Below, in pieces: positions 11,503 through 24,382 of a DNA stretch of 64,000 bases; position 1 is the first letter of the stretch; each line of letters starts with the position of its first letter. Location of the stretch: the NCBI GenBank assembly GCA_030264375.1, contig JASCQW010000162.1:27709647-27773646 (forward strand), in the 5' to 3' direction. The translations under genes were made by a program, and so were the position numbers. The notes below the pieces were generated by a model. That model was not told where the DNA came from and searched no databases. It saw only the letters and a program-made list of their open reading frames with translations. Origin of the DNA: Carcharhinus longimanus (taxonomy: Eukaryota).

Positions 11503-12609
11503 GGGGCAATTCTCCCAGCCTGCTGCGCTGGCTGAGATACATAAGCAGAGGCTGTTTAGTGGGCTCCCCACTGGGCGCCATGTCCTCCACATGTCTCTGG
11601 CCACCAGATTTCTGGCATCGTCAGCTCCGTGCCGGAAAATAGTGTAAAGCTGATTTAAAACACTTAAATTAAAGTTTTAATCCTGTTAACAGGATTTAAT
11701 CCCATTATAAGGACTGAAACATCTGGGCCTTCTAGCCGCTCCCCTCTCACCAGGATTGTTTCATTCCAGCCATGGAGGCCCACCAGGAGATTGGGGGTAA
11801 GGTGTGGTTGGTCCCTGGGCATTGTCAGCTTGGCAGTGCCAACCTGGTCCCCTGGCACTGCCCACAGGACAAAATGGCACTTTGGCGCTGCCCACCAGGC
11901 TTTGGGCAGTGCCAAGGGAGTGGGGTCTATTTGGGGCACGGCCTATGTGGAGGGACATCAATGGGAGCAGGGGGAGTCCCACTGCCACTCTGTATTTTGG
12001 ATCATAGGCAGAAGGAGGCTGGACAGTGATCGGGACTGGCCATCGGGGGAGGGGGGCAGGGGTCTCAGCCTGCCAGGGATGTCAGGACTGTGTGTGGGGG
12101 AGGGGCTGTTCAGGGCGGCATGTATCGGGGGGGGGGACAGAATTGGGAGATTAGAACTACAGAGGGGGAGATATCGAGGCAGCCGAGGAGGGTGGAGGGG
12201 GTGGTTTTTGGGGCGGGCTGGGAGACGTCTGGAAGGCCCGTGATCGGGACATTAGGAGGATCGGAAGGGCAGTGTTGCGGGGTCATGGGAATGGCCAGCA
12301 ATCAGCAATTGGGAGGCTGGCAGTGCGGAGCCACTGGGTATGCGCTGGTCACAGTGCTGACAGATTGGTACATGTGCAGTGGTCTGTTCAATGCTATACT
12401 GCCGGCCTCTCCAGCGGAAATGGGCCTCAGCCACAGATTTTTATCGTAATTCACGCCGAGGCACTCTGCAGTGCATAGAATGTGGCAGATTCATTTTGAA
12501 AGTCCCGCTAAAAAAAAGTGGTATTTATTTCAGTTTTTACGCAAATTCAGCACTTAGAATTTTTTTGGAAGAATCTTTTTGGGAGAAGTTTTTTGGGAAA
12601 ATCCAGGCG
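11503..12609. mobile_element. About 1.1-kb non-autonomous Harbinger-like element, inverted relative to 907-2139
   Basis: Termini ggggcaattctccc and gggaaaatccaggcg, flanked by CAT on both sides (possible 3-bp TSD). G-rich interior. Confidence 0.6.
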
Positions 12610-13179
12610 CATGAGTTTAGCAGAAAAAAACAATTTGTCTGTATTCATAGAATAGGAATCAAATCCATGATATCAACTGATGACACATGAACCCAACTGT
12701 AGATGGCACATGTGAGTGAGGGTTTAATCTTTCAGTCTCTTGATCACTGTTCTGGTTCTGGCTGAATCTAAGCATGTTAAGCATGTCATTAATATTTAAA
12801 GCAGCCACAACCCCTTCCCGGGCATGAGGTTGATTTCATTGACAGAACAGGGGCTGAAAGATCACAAGAGGCACAAAATTGGGTTCATGCCCGATATCTT
12901 ACTTCTTGCAATCTTTCCAGCCCCATGCATTATAAATTACTATGACTTAGCTCGCTGAGAAAATGGGTGAGAAAATCTCCTGATTTTTCACCTCTTGCCC
13001 TATCTCATTGGCTTGCTACACCGATCGACTGGCACGGAGCATGGTAAAATCCCGTTAACTCTGCCTGATTGCATTCTGATTTTCGAAATGCCCTGCTACT
13101 ATCTCCTTAATACTTTTTCTTGTATGATTGTGTATTTTTTTTTAAGAAATATTCATAAGTGCTGGACAAGAACCATCTC

Positions 13180-13660
13180 CATGAAGAGAGGATCTAACCA
13201 TCTCCCCTTGACATTCAATGGCATTACTATCACTGAAGGCTGGGAACTTTGAGAAGAGTAACTTGCCTCCTGGCTCCCCAAGGTCTGTCCACTATCTACA
13301 AGACAAAAATCAGGCATGTGATGGAATATTCTTCACCTGCCTGGGTGACTGTAGCTCCAACAACACATAAGAAGCTCAACACCATCGAGGGAAAAATAAC
13401 CCACTTGATTGACATCCCATCCACCAGTGATTCACAGTGGTAACAACACACACATTTACAAGATCCAAAGGTCCTTCAACACCACCTTCCAAACTCATGA
13501 CCTAGAAGGGGAAGGGCAGCAAATTTATGGGGCACTCATCACCTTCAAATTTCCCTCCAAGCCACACCATTCTGACATGGACCTGATGGATTCAGCAGTT
13601 CAAGTAGGTGATATATCACCTCCTTCTCAAGGACAAATAGGAATGGACAATAAATGCTAG
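13180..13660 (+). mobile_element. CR1/L2-clade LINE 3' fragment
   Basis: LSTIYKTKIRHVMEYSSPAW RT C-terminal relic; tail gacaataaatgctagcc. Confidence 0.7.
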
Positions 13661-13664
13661 CCTA

Positions 13665-13990
13665 GGCGGTGGCACAGTGGTTAACACTGCTGCCTCACAG
13701 CATCAGGGACCCGGGTTCAATTCCACCCTCCGGTCACTGTCTGTGTGGAGTTTGCATCTTCTCTCCATATCTGCGTGGGTTTCCTCTGGGTACTCCGGTT
13801 TTATCCCACAGTCCAAAGATGTGCAAGTTAGGTTGATTGGCCATGCTAAATTGCCCCAATGTCAGGGGGATTATCAGGGTAAATGAGGGTTATGGGAATA
13901 GGGCCTGGGTGTGATTGTGATCAGTACAGACTTGATGGGTGAATGGCCTCCTTCTGTGCTGTAGGGATTTGATGGTTCTATTCTATGATC
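13665..13990 (+). mobile_element. HE1/V-SINE-like SINE with CR1-type tail
   Basis: ggtggcacagtggttaacactgctgcctcacagc head; tail gaatggcctccttctgtgctgtagggattt. Confidence 0.85.
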
Positions 13991-14425
13991 CTAACCTGAG
14001 AGGTCTCCATTCCCATGAATTAAAAAAGCTCTTCCCTTTTGCCCCTATCATTCTTATGATGCTTTTTTATGTCTTCCACTATGAAGGCAGATAAAAAGTA
14101 CTTGTTCAAAACGTTAGCCATTTCCTTTTTTCCCACGATTAATTCCCTAGTCTCAGCCTCTAAGAGACTAATGCTCACTTTAGCTACATTTTTCCTTTAA
14201 ATATTTGTAGAAGCTTTTACTGTCTGTTTATGTTTCTTGCTAGCTTCCTCTCATTCTCCAATTTCTCCCTTCTCTTTTATTTTGTCACCCCTTGTGGGTT
14301 TTTAACATTTTCTCAATATTCTGGCTTACCACTAATATTTGTGGCATTGCAAATCTTTTTCAATTTGATACAATCCTTAACTTCCTTACTTACCCACGTA
14401 TTATGCCTTATAGAATCCCAGTAAA

Positions 14426-14502
14426 AAGTCTGACAACACCAGGTTTTAGTCCAACCTATTTATATTAAATAGGTTGGACTAAAACCTGGTGTTGTCAGAC
14501 TT
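14426..14502. repeat. Perfect 37-bp inverted repeat with a 3-nt loop, made from Penelope-derived arms
   Basis: aagtctgacaacaccaggttttagtccaacctattta-tat-taaataggttggactaaaacctggtgttgtcagactt; abuts an N gap. Confidence 0.85.
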
Positions 14503-15279
14503 NNNNNNNNNNNNNNNNNNTATCTTCCCATTGCACTTTAGCCATCTGTCTCCATACCCGAGTTATTGCATTTATTTAAGTTCAAGACACTCATTTCAGA
14601 TCTAACTTTCTCATCCTCGAACTGAATGTGAAATATTATTACGTTATGATTGCTCTAATCTAGAAGATCTTTTACTCCGAAGTATTTATTAATTCTGTCT
14701 CATTATACATTACCAGGACTAAAGTAGCCTGTTTCCTGGTTGATTCCAGAAGTATTGTACTAAGGAACTGTCCCAGATACACTCTATGAACTCATCCTCT
14801 ATGCTTCAGATTTGAAGTTCCATAGGTGAAGTTTGTACCAAGTTAGCTGATCTAAGCCAAATGTAAAGTTGGGTGCTGCAATTAGTTTCATAGGAGAGTG
14901 AAAAATTAGCTGACAATCTTAGTTCAGGTTCGCACAGAAGAATGGCTACTTGGGGTTAGGTACCAGAAGGCTGCTAGTTTCTATGGAAATGTACATGAGC
15001 AAAAATCAGTACTTTTATGATAGCAGATAAAAGAAGGGGGAGAAAAACAGGACAGTGCAAGTAAATTTTAAATGACTGCAGAGTGCAAGTTAATTATTAA
15101 TGCAACCTGACCCAAACTGGATTAATTCCAAATGAGCTCCAGAATAAGCTGATTAATGCTATGTTACTAAACATTTTGATTTCTTCCTTTTCTCCCAAAC
15201 TTACCCCTATATTGTGATATATGTATACCTAATTTCAGTTCATGTAGACAAAACTTGCAGCAATTTTTGTGTAGCACTG

Positions 15280-15715
15280 GAAAATAGGAGAGGTTGGATG
15301 AACTCAGTTTATTCTCACTGGAATTATAGAGATTGAAGGGTGGCCTGATAGAGTTTTCCAAGATTATGAGTGGCATGGGCAGAATAGATGGTTAGATGCT
15401 CTTTCCTAGGGTAGAAAAGTCAAGTGCTAAGGGACATAGGTTTAAGGTGCACGGGGAAGAGTTTAGAGGAGATGTTCGAGGCACGTTTTTTGTACAGAGA
15501 GTGGTGAATGTCTGGAATGTGCTGTCCAGGGAGGTCATGGGTGCAGGTATGATGGCAGCATGTAAGGGGCAACTAGACAAGTACAAGAAGAGGATGGGAA
15601 TGGAAGGATACAGATTCCGTAAGTGCACATGATTTTAGTTTAGGCAGGCATCATGATTGGCGCAGGCTTGGAGGGTCCAAGGGTCTTTTCCTATACCCCT
15701 ACTTTTCTTTGTTCT
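15280..15715 (+). mobile_element. CR1 LINE 3' end
   Basis: LFPRVEKSSAKGHRFKVHGEEFRGDVRGTFFVQRVVNVWN. Confidence 0.85.
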
Positions 15716-16208
15716 GTATAATTTATTACAGGTTTGTTCCTTGACTGTCTTCAAATCTACACTTTTTTTTCTCTTTCACATGTATCATAGTGCGCTTCGC
15801 TCCAATTTGTAGAATTGTTACAACACAGAAGGAAGGAAGCTATTTGACCAGTCTGCGGTGACTAGTATTCTGGGCCGTGGACCAGGGTAGTATAACTGAC
15901 AGCATTTTTCTGTCACCAACAAATGAGAAGTGAGACTCAGTTGGAACGGAGTGCATGGTAACGATTTTCCTTACAACGCAGTTATCTTCTGATTATCTGC
16001 TGCTCGCCCACCATCCCCAGTTAACAAACAGCGACATTGCCAATTGGGCTAGAATGGCAGAAACTACAATATGATCCTCCAGCTTATGGTCTGCTCAAGG
16101 GGATATCTAACTAGTTATAAATGGATTTATTAAGGCAGTTTTTTCCCATGTGAATATGATTGTAAATCAAAAGCAAAGGAGCTTTGAAGTTTTCTTCTGT
16201 GATATAGC

Positions 16209-16452
16209 AAGAAGTCTCAAAACACCAGGTTAAAGTTCAACAGGTTTACATGGAATCACGAGCTTTTGGAGCACTGCTCCTTCATCTGGTGAGTGGCTAA
16301 TTCATGATGAAGGAGTGCTACTCCTTCATCACCCACCTGAGGAAGAAGCAGTGCTCCAAAAGCTCATGATTCCAAATAAACCTGTTGGATTTAAACCTGG
16401 TGTTGTGAGATTTCTTACAGTGCCCACCCCAGTCCAATGCCGGCATCCCCAC
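16209..16452. mobile_element. Penelope-derived palindromic element with decayed hammerhead-like cores
   Basis: Arms of about 85 bp (16209-16292 and 16333-16416) and an internal hairpin at 16305-16331. Confidence 0.75.
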
Positions 16453-16561
16453 TTTTATGATATACGCAGGGCTTTGGAAATGCAACAGCCCGTGTTATAG
16501 TCAGATTTAGTCAAAACTGGGAATGGAGCAGAATGGAACGGTAATTATAATGTATGTTTAC

Positions 16562-16630
16562 CTCGTGAAGCACTGACAGAGGAAGCTAAGGAAATGCGGC
16601 GAATTACAGTTGGCTCCTTAGACTGTGATT
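16562..16630 (-). CDS. MCF2L2: Symmetric phase-1 cassette exon (ESQSKEPTVIRRISLASSVSASR), 69 nt
   Basis: Acceptor ttgattttctgtattctcag and donor GAG/gtaaac. Open frame, length a multiple of 3, in repeat-free sequence. Confidence 0.7.
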
Positions 16631-17549
16631 CTGAGAATACAGAAAATCAATGCATGTGAAGGTTAGAAAAAAGATCATTAAGAGCAAGCAGGAAAGTAAT
16701 GGCAAACACTGGGCAGATACTGTACATAAAAGCAGAATGCTCTGCCTGCACTTCTTTCTACAATTGATTTACAAAATACATTCTTTTCTTCAAAACATTT
16801 GTTAAATTTTCTCCAGCATATACTTTTATTTTTAAACCTGTATTTTATGGCTTTTTCCTTCTACCACTTGAAACCTACTTCATGCAAGACACAAATGAGT
16901 GTGTTCTTCATTATTTTGCTTTGGCGGAAGTGAATTCAGTTGAACTGTATTTACACAGCAAAATAATGAGTAGTATTGGAAATGCTGTTTGCAAACTTTG
17001 GACACTCCACATCAACTACACTGAATGGTTGGAAATATTTTCCATTAAATAAAGGAAACAAAAGATGGAGATATTAAATACGATAGCACGCAATAAGTAG
17101 AAAACACACAACAGAGAGTGATAGAATAAATTGTTCTCCAATCCACATTTTTTTTTATGGTATGAATGAAGATAATGAAATCATTATGTTTGTCATGTAA
17201 GCCTAATTGCATATATCTGTTTACATTGTAATGCATGTTAATAAAATATAATTTAAGCATCAACAAGCTGTTTCTCACTTTGCTCCAGAGATTAATGAAA
17301 GCTGCTTTTAAAACATTATTGATGATTTCAGTTCCAAATATTACCAGGATTACAAAAACACAATGGAAGATCTATCTTAAATGTTTACTGTGCAAAGTGT
17401 AAGCATTTTTTATTTTATGCAGCTGACAAAATAGCAGCTAAATACATTAGAGCTGTCGCTGTGTGGAGTTCAGGAGGAATGTGTAGCTCTTCTTGTTATA
17501 TGGGTAGGTAATAGGTAATTAGCCATAGACCACATCTCTTCTTTAGGGA

Positions 17550-17714
17550 CAGTAAAAAGTCTCACAACACCAGGTTAAAGTCCAACATGGTTTGTTCAGA
17601 ATCACAAGCTTTTGGAGTGCTGCTCCTTCATCTGGTAGTCACCTTTAACCCGGTGTTGTGAGACTTCTTACTGTGCCCACCCCAGCCCAATGCCCACATC
17701 TCCACATCATGGCT
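17550..17714. mobile_element. Penelope-derived palindromic element, internally deleted
   Basis: agtctcacaacaccaggttaaag ... ctttaacccggtgttgtgagact. Confidence 0.7.
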
Positions 17715-18071
17715 TCTTTAGAGAGACAATGAATTCTTGGTGCCTCCAGCATGTGTGTATCTGTAGGAGGTGGGATAAGGGGGGGGGGGGGAGGTAATGA
17801 GGGTTGTTGGGCACCACCTCCCCCCTACTCCCAAGTTCTGCCCCACAACATAGGGACTGTGGGGGAAGAGGGGGGCACCAAAATCAGCAGTCTGCCTGCC
17901 ATGTCTAAATGAATAATCAAGGATCAAAAAGGCTTGTTATCAAACCGATTGGTCCTGATGGTACGATGCCCATGCCATAAAACATTTGGAGCAGGCAGCC
18001 CAATGGGAGCAGGAAGCCCAGTTTTTATGGTCAAATACTTAAAGGGCAGCAAGGAAGGGTGAGGCCGTCAC

Positions 18072-18237
18072 ATAGAACATAGAACATAGAAAAACTACAG
18101 CACAAACAGGCCCTTCGGCCCACAAGTTGCGCCGATCATATCCTTACCTATCAGGCCTAGCTATAACCCTCAATCCTATTAAGTCCCATGTACTCATCCA
18201 GAAGTCTCTTAAAAGACCCTATCAAATTTGCCTCCAC
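18072..18237 (-). mobile_element. Young CR1 3' end running into a gap
   Basis: (agaacat)n tail; nearly identical to 21948-22110. Confidence 0.75.
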
Positions 18238-18535
18238 NNNNNNNNNNNNNNNNNNNNNNNNNNNNNNNNNNNNNNNNNNNNNNNNNNNNNNNNNNNNNNN
18301 NNNNNNNNNNNNNNNNNNNNNNNNNNNNNNNNNNNNNATGAAGGGACACCGGCCCCTGAGGAGTTATTTCACAATGCTTCACACTGCATTATGTTTCGGG
18401 GCTGACTAGCTGTAGTTGCCAAAGGCCGAAAGGATATCACAGTTCCATTCATATCACATTCATTTCCAGGGCCATAGCTACCACAAATGCCAGGTATCAA
18501 TGGCGGTGTCTCATGCCATCAATTCCAAATCACTG

Positions 18536-18836
18536 GGTGGCAGGGTGGCACAGTGGTTAGCACTGCTGGCTCACAGTGCCAGGGACCCAGGTTCAACTCC
18601 CAGCTTGCGGAGTCTGCTCATTCTCCCCATGTCTGCGTGGGTTTCCGTTGGGTGCTCTGGTTTCCTCCCACACTCAGGTTAGATGAACTGGCAATGCAAA
18701 ATTGCCCCTTAATGTCAGGGAGATTAGCAAGATAAATATGTGACATTACAGGATTAGGGACATGGTGGGATTGTTGTCAGTGTAGACTTGATGGGCCAAA
18801 TGGCCTCCTTCTGCACTGTAGTGATTCTATCATTCT
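18536..18836 (+). mobile_element. HE1/V-SINE-like SINE
   Basis: tRNA-like head and CR1-type tail. Confidence 0.85.
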
Positions 18837-19035
18837 AAATGCAAGCAAGGGAAACCATGAACAAAGTTAATCATTTTTCTTTCCCGTAGCACGTGTCACA
18901 TTTTTGTTTTCTTATAACCCTCTCAAGTCAATGTCTTTAGACTTGTCAAAAAATTACTTTCCTGGTTCAAAGTGGTTGATTTTCCATTTGATTCCTTCTT
19001 TCAACCTGCTTATGTCACATATCATTCACTGGTCA

Positions 19036-19112
19036 GGTGGCTCGGTGGCACAGCAGTTAACCCTGCTGCCTCACAGCACGAGGGACATGGGTTCAATTCC
19101 CAGCTTGGGTCA
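19036..19112 (+). mobile_element. SINE head truncated by a LINE insertion
   Basis: ggtggctcggtggcacagcagttaac...gggttcaattcccagcttgggtca, followed directly by a (ttgat)n LINE tail. Confidence 0.7.
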
Positions 19113-19672
19113 TTGATATTGATTTGATTGAGTATTGTCACCTGTATTAGTATACAATGAAAAGTATTGTTTCTTGTGCGCTGTACAGACAAAGCAGTCC
19201 ATTCATTGAGAGGGAAAGGAGAGAGCGCAGAATGTAGTGCTCTAGTCATATCTAGTATGTAGAGAAAGATCAACTTAATGCAAGGTAAGTCCATTCAAAA
19301 GTCTGACAGCAGCAGGGAAGAATCTGTTCGTGAGTCGGTTGATATGTGACCTTAGACTTTTGAATCTTTTTCCCGATGGAAGAAGATGGAAGAGAGAATG
19401 TCTGGGGTGCGTGGAGTCCTTGATTATGCCGGCTGCTTTTCTGAGGCAATACAAAGTGTAGACAGAGTCAATGGATGAGAGGCTGGTTTGCGTGATGGAC
19501 TGTGCTACATTCACAACCTTTTGTAGTTCCTTGCAGTTTTGGACAGAGCAGGAGCCATACTAAGCTGGGATACAACCAAAAAGAATGCTTTCTACGGTGT
19601 ATCTATAAAAATTGGTGTGAGTCGTAGCGGGCATGGCAAATTTCCTTAGGCTCTTGAGAAATAGAGGTATTG
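19113..19672 (-). mobile_element. Rex1/Babar-like LINE 3' portion
   Basis: ORF 19275..19514 SIDSVYTLYCLRKAAGIIKDSTHPRHSLFHLLPSGKRFKSLRSHINRLTNRFFPAAVRLLN. Confidence 0.8.
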
Positions 19673-20034
19673 GCATCTCTGTGACTCCAGTCCCTGCACT
19701 AGATGTTGCCTCTTAACCACTTGTCTACGTGAGTGGGAGTGTGTCTGGGTCTGGGTGTATATGTGTGGGTGGGGGAGTGAGACAGCGTTCCTGAGAGTGG
19801 GGGCTTGATTCTCACTCTTGAGGTGGGTAACTCAAGTTGGGAAGTTTCCCAACTCAGCAACGCCACCTCAATTTAAAATGTACACTCAGCCCCAATTTTG
19901 AGTCAATGTGAGATAGAGAGGGAAGGTCTGGTATAGAGTCAAACCAGCCTACCCCAGAGGGAGATGTTAGGCAGTCACAGGGACAGGTAAATGCTTAGGT
20001 GGGGCATGTTAGGAAGCCCACCTCAGTTCTTGGG

Positions 20035-20285
20035 GGCTCTGAGACTTGGTGATATTGTCCTTGGACAAGTAATCCAGGGAGCCAGAGTATCAGGAGTTTG
20101 AATCCTACCATGTCAATGGTGGGATTTGAATTCAATAAATATCTCAAATTAAAGCTTAATGATGAACCTGAAACCATTATTGTAAAAATCCATCTGGTAA
20201 ACTAATGCCCAATAGGGGAGAACATCTGTTGTCCTTGCCTGGGTGGGTCTACATGTGACTCCAGGCTCACAGCAATGTGGTTAGA
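20035..20285 (+). mobile_element. SINE family B copy
   Basis: Body shared with 49326-49712. Confidence 0.65.
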
Positions 20286-20409
20286 CACAGCATCAAACTG
20301 TAACAAAGTCAATAAAAAAGAATGAATGCAGATGGACCACCCCAACACCATCTAGGCAACAGAAAGGAAACCCATCCCTGAAGGCCCTGCAATCTCCTCA
20401 TCATTAACA

Positions 20410-22250
20410 TAGAGTCATACAGCCTATGGAAACAGGCCCTTCGACCCAACTTGTCCATGCCATCTTTTTTTTTAAACCTCTAAGCTAGTCCCAATTGCCT
20501 GCATTTGGCCATTTTCCTCATCTCATCCATGTGATCGTCTAAACCCTTTCTAAAAGACAAAATTGTACCTGCCTCTTCGACTGCCTCTGGCAGCTTGTTC
20601 TAGACACTCATCACCCTCTATGTGAACAAATTGCTTCTCTGGATATCTGGGGGGTTTGTGGCAACATCTGAGGGAGATGTGTCACAGACTAGACACAGCC
20701 TGGCATAATAAGAAATAGGAAATAAGAAATAGGAGCAGGAGTAGGCCATCTGGCCCTTCGAGCATCATACGCACAGAATTATAGCACAATGTCCCAGGCA
20801 CCACCATCACCATTTCTGGGTGCTTCCTGTTGTTTCCCGCCCCACTGACACCCACCCCCCCACCACCTCACCCCCTCCCCTACACCTCCCCCCCCACCCC
20901 CATCCTCCTAACCCCACCACCTCCACATCAAGTCCCCAGGACAAGCCTGCCAGAGGGGGCAGCGCAGTTGTATACAGATGGGAGGGAGTGATTCTGAGTG
21001 GGCTCGACGTCGATTCTAGGCCCCATGAAGTTTCATGACATGAGGTCAAACAAGGGCAAGGATCTCCTACTGATTACCACATACTGCAAGCCACTGTTCG
21101 CCCACTCCACTCTCCCCTCCTCACTCCCTCCCCACCCCCAGCTGCTGAATCTGTACTCCTCCATATTGCACACCACTGGGAGGAAACATTGAGGGCGGAA
21201 AGGGAGCAAAATGTATTCTGGGTGGGGGGGGGGGCTTCATTAACTTCAATGACCATCATCAGGGGTTGCTTTGTAGCACCACCACAGATCAAGCTGGCCG
21301 GGTCCTAAAGATCGTAACTGCTAAACCGGAACTGTGGAAAATGGTGAGGGAAGAACATATTTAACCTCATTCTCACCAACCTGCATTTGTCCCAGACAGG
21401 ATTGCTAAGAGTGACCACCGCACAGTCCTGGTGGAGACAATACCCCGTCCTCACAGTTTATTGTTATTCATTCATGTGACGTGCATGTCGCAGGGTGGCC
21501 AGCATTTATTGCCCTTGAGAAGGTGGTGGTGAGCTGCCTTCTTGAATCGCTGCAGTCCACGTGCTATGGGTTGACCCACAATGCTGTTAGAGAGCGAATT
21601 GCAGGATTTTGACCCAGTGACTGCAAAGGAATGGTGATATGTTTCCAAGTCAAGATGGTGAGTGACTTAGAGTCATAGAGTTTACAGCATGGAGACAGGC
21701 CTTTGGCCCAACTTGTCCATGCCGCTCTTTTTCTGAAACCCCAAAGCGAATTCCAATTGCCCGCATTTGGCCCATATCCCCCTATACCCATCGTACCCCT
21801 GTAACTATGTAAATGTTTTTTAAAAGACAAAATTGTACCGCCTCTGGCAGCTTGTTCCAAACACTCTGTGTGAAAAAATTGCCCCTCTGCACACTTTTGT
21901 ATCTCTCGCCTCTCATCTTAAAACTAGTTTTAGATTCCACTACCTTTTAGAACATAGAACGTAGAAAAACTACAGCACAAACAGGCCCTTCGGCCCACAA
22001 GTTGCACCGATCATATTGCTACCTACTAGGCTCACCTGTAACCCTCAATCCTATTAAGTCCCATGTACTCATCCAGAAGTCTCTTAAAAGACCCTATCAA
22101 ATTTGCCTCCACCACCACCAATGGCAGCCGATTCCACTCACCCACCACCTTCTGAGTGAAAACTTAACTCTAACATCTCCTCTGTACCTACTCCCCAGCA
22201 TCTTAAACCTGTGTCCTCTCGTAGCAACCATTTCAGCCCTGGGAAAAAGT
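20410..22250. mobile_element. Cluster of nested LINE fragments: CR1 3' ends (minus; about 20410-20640, 21667-21945, 21948-22248), an endonuclease-region relic (plus; about 20650-21460) and a LINE tail (minus; about 21465-21665)
   Basis: CR1 tails gtcatagag/agaacatag, GGSAVVYRWEGV...DSRPHEVS APE-like relic, and ccagcatttattgccc tail. Confidence 0.65.
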
Positions 22251-24382
22251 GTCACAATTTGACAATTGCCCTTTGCTGAATGTGGGTCCCCCTGAGATTA
22301 AATTCTCCCTTCCTTCCTATCCACTCCCTCCTTAAATCCACCTGCTTCCCCCTCCCTAAGCTACCAAAACTGTTCTGACCCAAGACCGTAGACTTATCTG
22401 ATTCGGAGATCCATGGACCTTGATCTTCTTCTTCCCTCCCTCCCCTCTAGTCCTGGCAGCTTTCCTGGGGCTGGAGCTGACAGCCAATTGGATTGGATGT
22501 CAGCTCCAGATACTGAAACGTATTCCCCATTTGGCCCTCAATAATCTGCTCTGCAGCGCTCTGTGTCTGCCGGGCGGTTCAGCATGGAGCGTACCGGCTC
22601 CATGTCAATGTGGTTTCCGTTCCTACTCCCAGATTATTCAGTCCTATTTAGCTTGAGGTACATGCTGCACTCCACAAGCATGGGGCAAGGTGAGAAGACA
22701 GGCCTCTGTAAACTGGCATTGAACCCATGCTTTTGTTGTCATTCTGCATCACACTCTGTCATCTTGGCACCTCAGCTAACCAGCCCTCACTGATAATGAA
22801 TTATAAAAGATCATTAAAGGGAAAGTGAGGGTTGCAGCCGTGGCTCAACTTATTTTAACAACAGGACACATTTTGTGACTAATTCACCACACTTTACAGG
22901 TGGTACTTTGTGCCCTCTCCCTGGTATTAAACCAGCAGCAGGTGGCCCTGTCGTCATGTGGGTGGCATTACAAGCAAAGCTGTGCAGGTTACTTGTGATT
23001 CCCTGGGGTCAGCGGGACCTCATTCAAAGGCCTGATCAGGCACCCAGTTTTGGGAAGGTGCGAGCAACCCCTTTCCCTTACTGCTGACCCATTATACTTC
23101 TCCCCAGACCCCCACCACATCAAACCCCTCCTGCTGTTCTGGGGCCTGCAGTGGGTGAACTAGCTGCAGAAGCCACCATTCCTCAATGGCCTCTGATTGG
23201 CTGGCAGCTCTTGGCAAGTAGGAGTTCCCGGCCCTCGGGTCCTGATCCAGGACCAATGGCCTGTTAACTGTCTGATTTGACGGGACTTTCCCCACAGGAG
23301 GTAATCCAGGTCTCTCGCCAGCTCTTCAGCTGGTGTTGACCCCCAGAAATCTCCTCCCTATGTTCACAACCTCTATCTTAAAATCATCGTAAAGCATATT
23401 TCTCCACAGAAAAGGAAGGACAACTGAAGAATGAGTCATCAAAGAACAAACAAATAACATCCCAACACGGGAAACAGGCCCTTCGGCCCAACGAGCCTGC
23501 GCCGCCACATCTTCCTACACCTACCCCGCCCTGTGTGTATGTGAGTGGAACCCCTAATGTAGCCAGATTCAGGGGAGAATAGTGTCAATTTGGNNNNNNN
23601 NNNNNNNNNNNNNNNNNNNNNNNNNNNNNNNNNNNNNNNNNNNNNNNNNNNNNNNNNNNNNNNNNNNNNNNNNNNNNNNNNNNNNNNNNNNNNCACTCCC
23701 GGAACCTCCAAGAGCAGCCCACGCACGACCCACCGTGTGCATGCCCCTTGTTTGACAACAAGGTGGACCGACACCTGTGGAATAAAAATACGTCATCGCT
23801 TGGGAATGAGTCACCATTTGGAAAGCTTCAGCAGTTAGTACGTAGCACATGATGATAAAATCTCAGCAAGTGAGGATGTGTGACATAAGAAAGGTGGTAA
23901 AGAGAAAAAATGAAAAATATTTTAAAAAGCATTCCATTTTGTTATATCTACACAAGTCAAACAGCTGTACATTTGATTCATTGGCAAAACAGCTTGGAAC
24001 TGGGCTAACTACTTAACTCCTGGCCTGGTTCAGTTTTCAAAAATCAAGACTGCATCATTGAGTGGTGGAGGGTAAAGTGGGGGTGGCAGCTTACAGCGTT
24101 ACTGCACGGTGCCATAAGTTTCAAATCACAAAATAATCCAAAACCTACACTTTGTGCTGCCTGCTGATTTGAATGATCACAATATCTGGCCAACACCAAC
24201 TGAACTATTGTTTGCTGGATACATCAACAGGGGGCAATATCATGAGTGGCTAGCAGCACTTAAGGCCAGCTTGTATTCCTTAAAGCTCACCTGCACTGTT
24301 TGAAACTAACTGGTACCTCTTTAATGAATTGTGGCTGGAGTAGGTGCTGGAAGTCATTTGCAATTGAATTTTAAAACAAAAT

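Noticed and set aside
13665-13740. tRNA-like sequences with A/B boxes, in many copies
   Set aside because: They are SINE heads followed by SINE body and tail, not functional tRNA genes.
20838-20930. C-rich tract (G-quadruplex potential on the minus strand)
   Set aside because: Low-complexity insert within a LINE relic, with no evidence of function.
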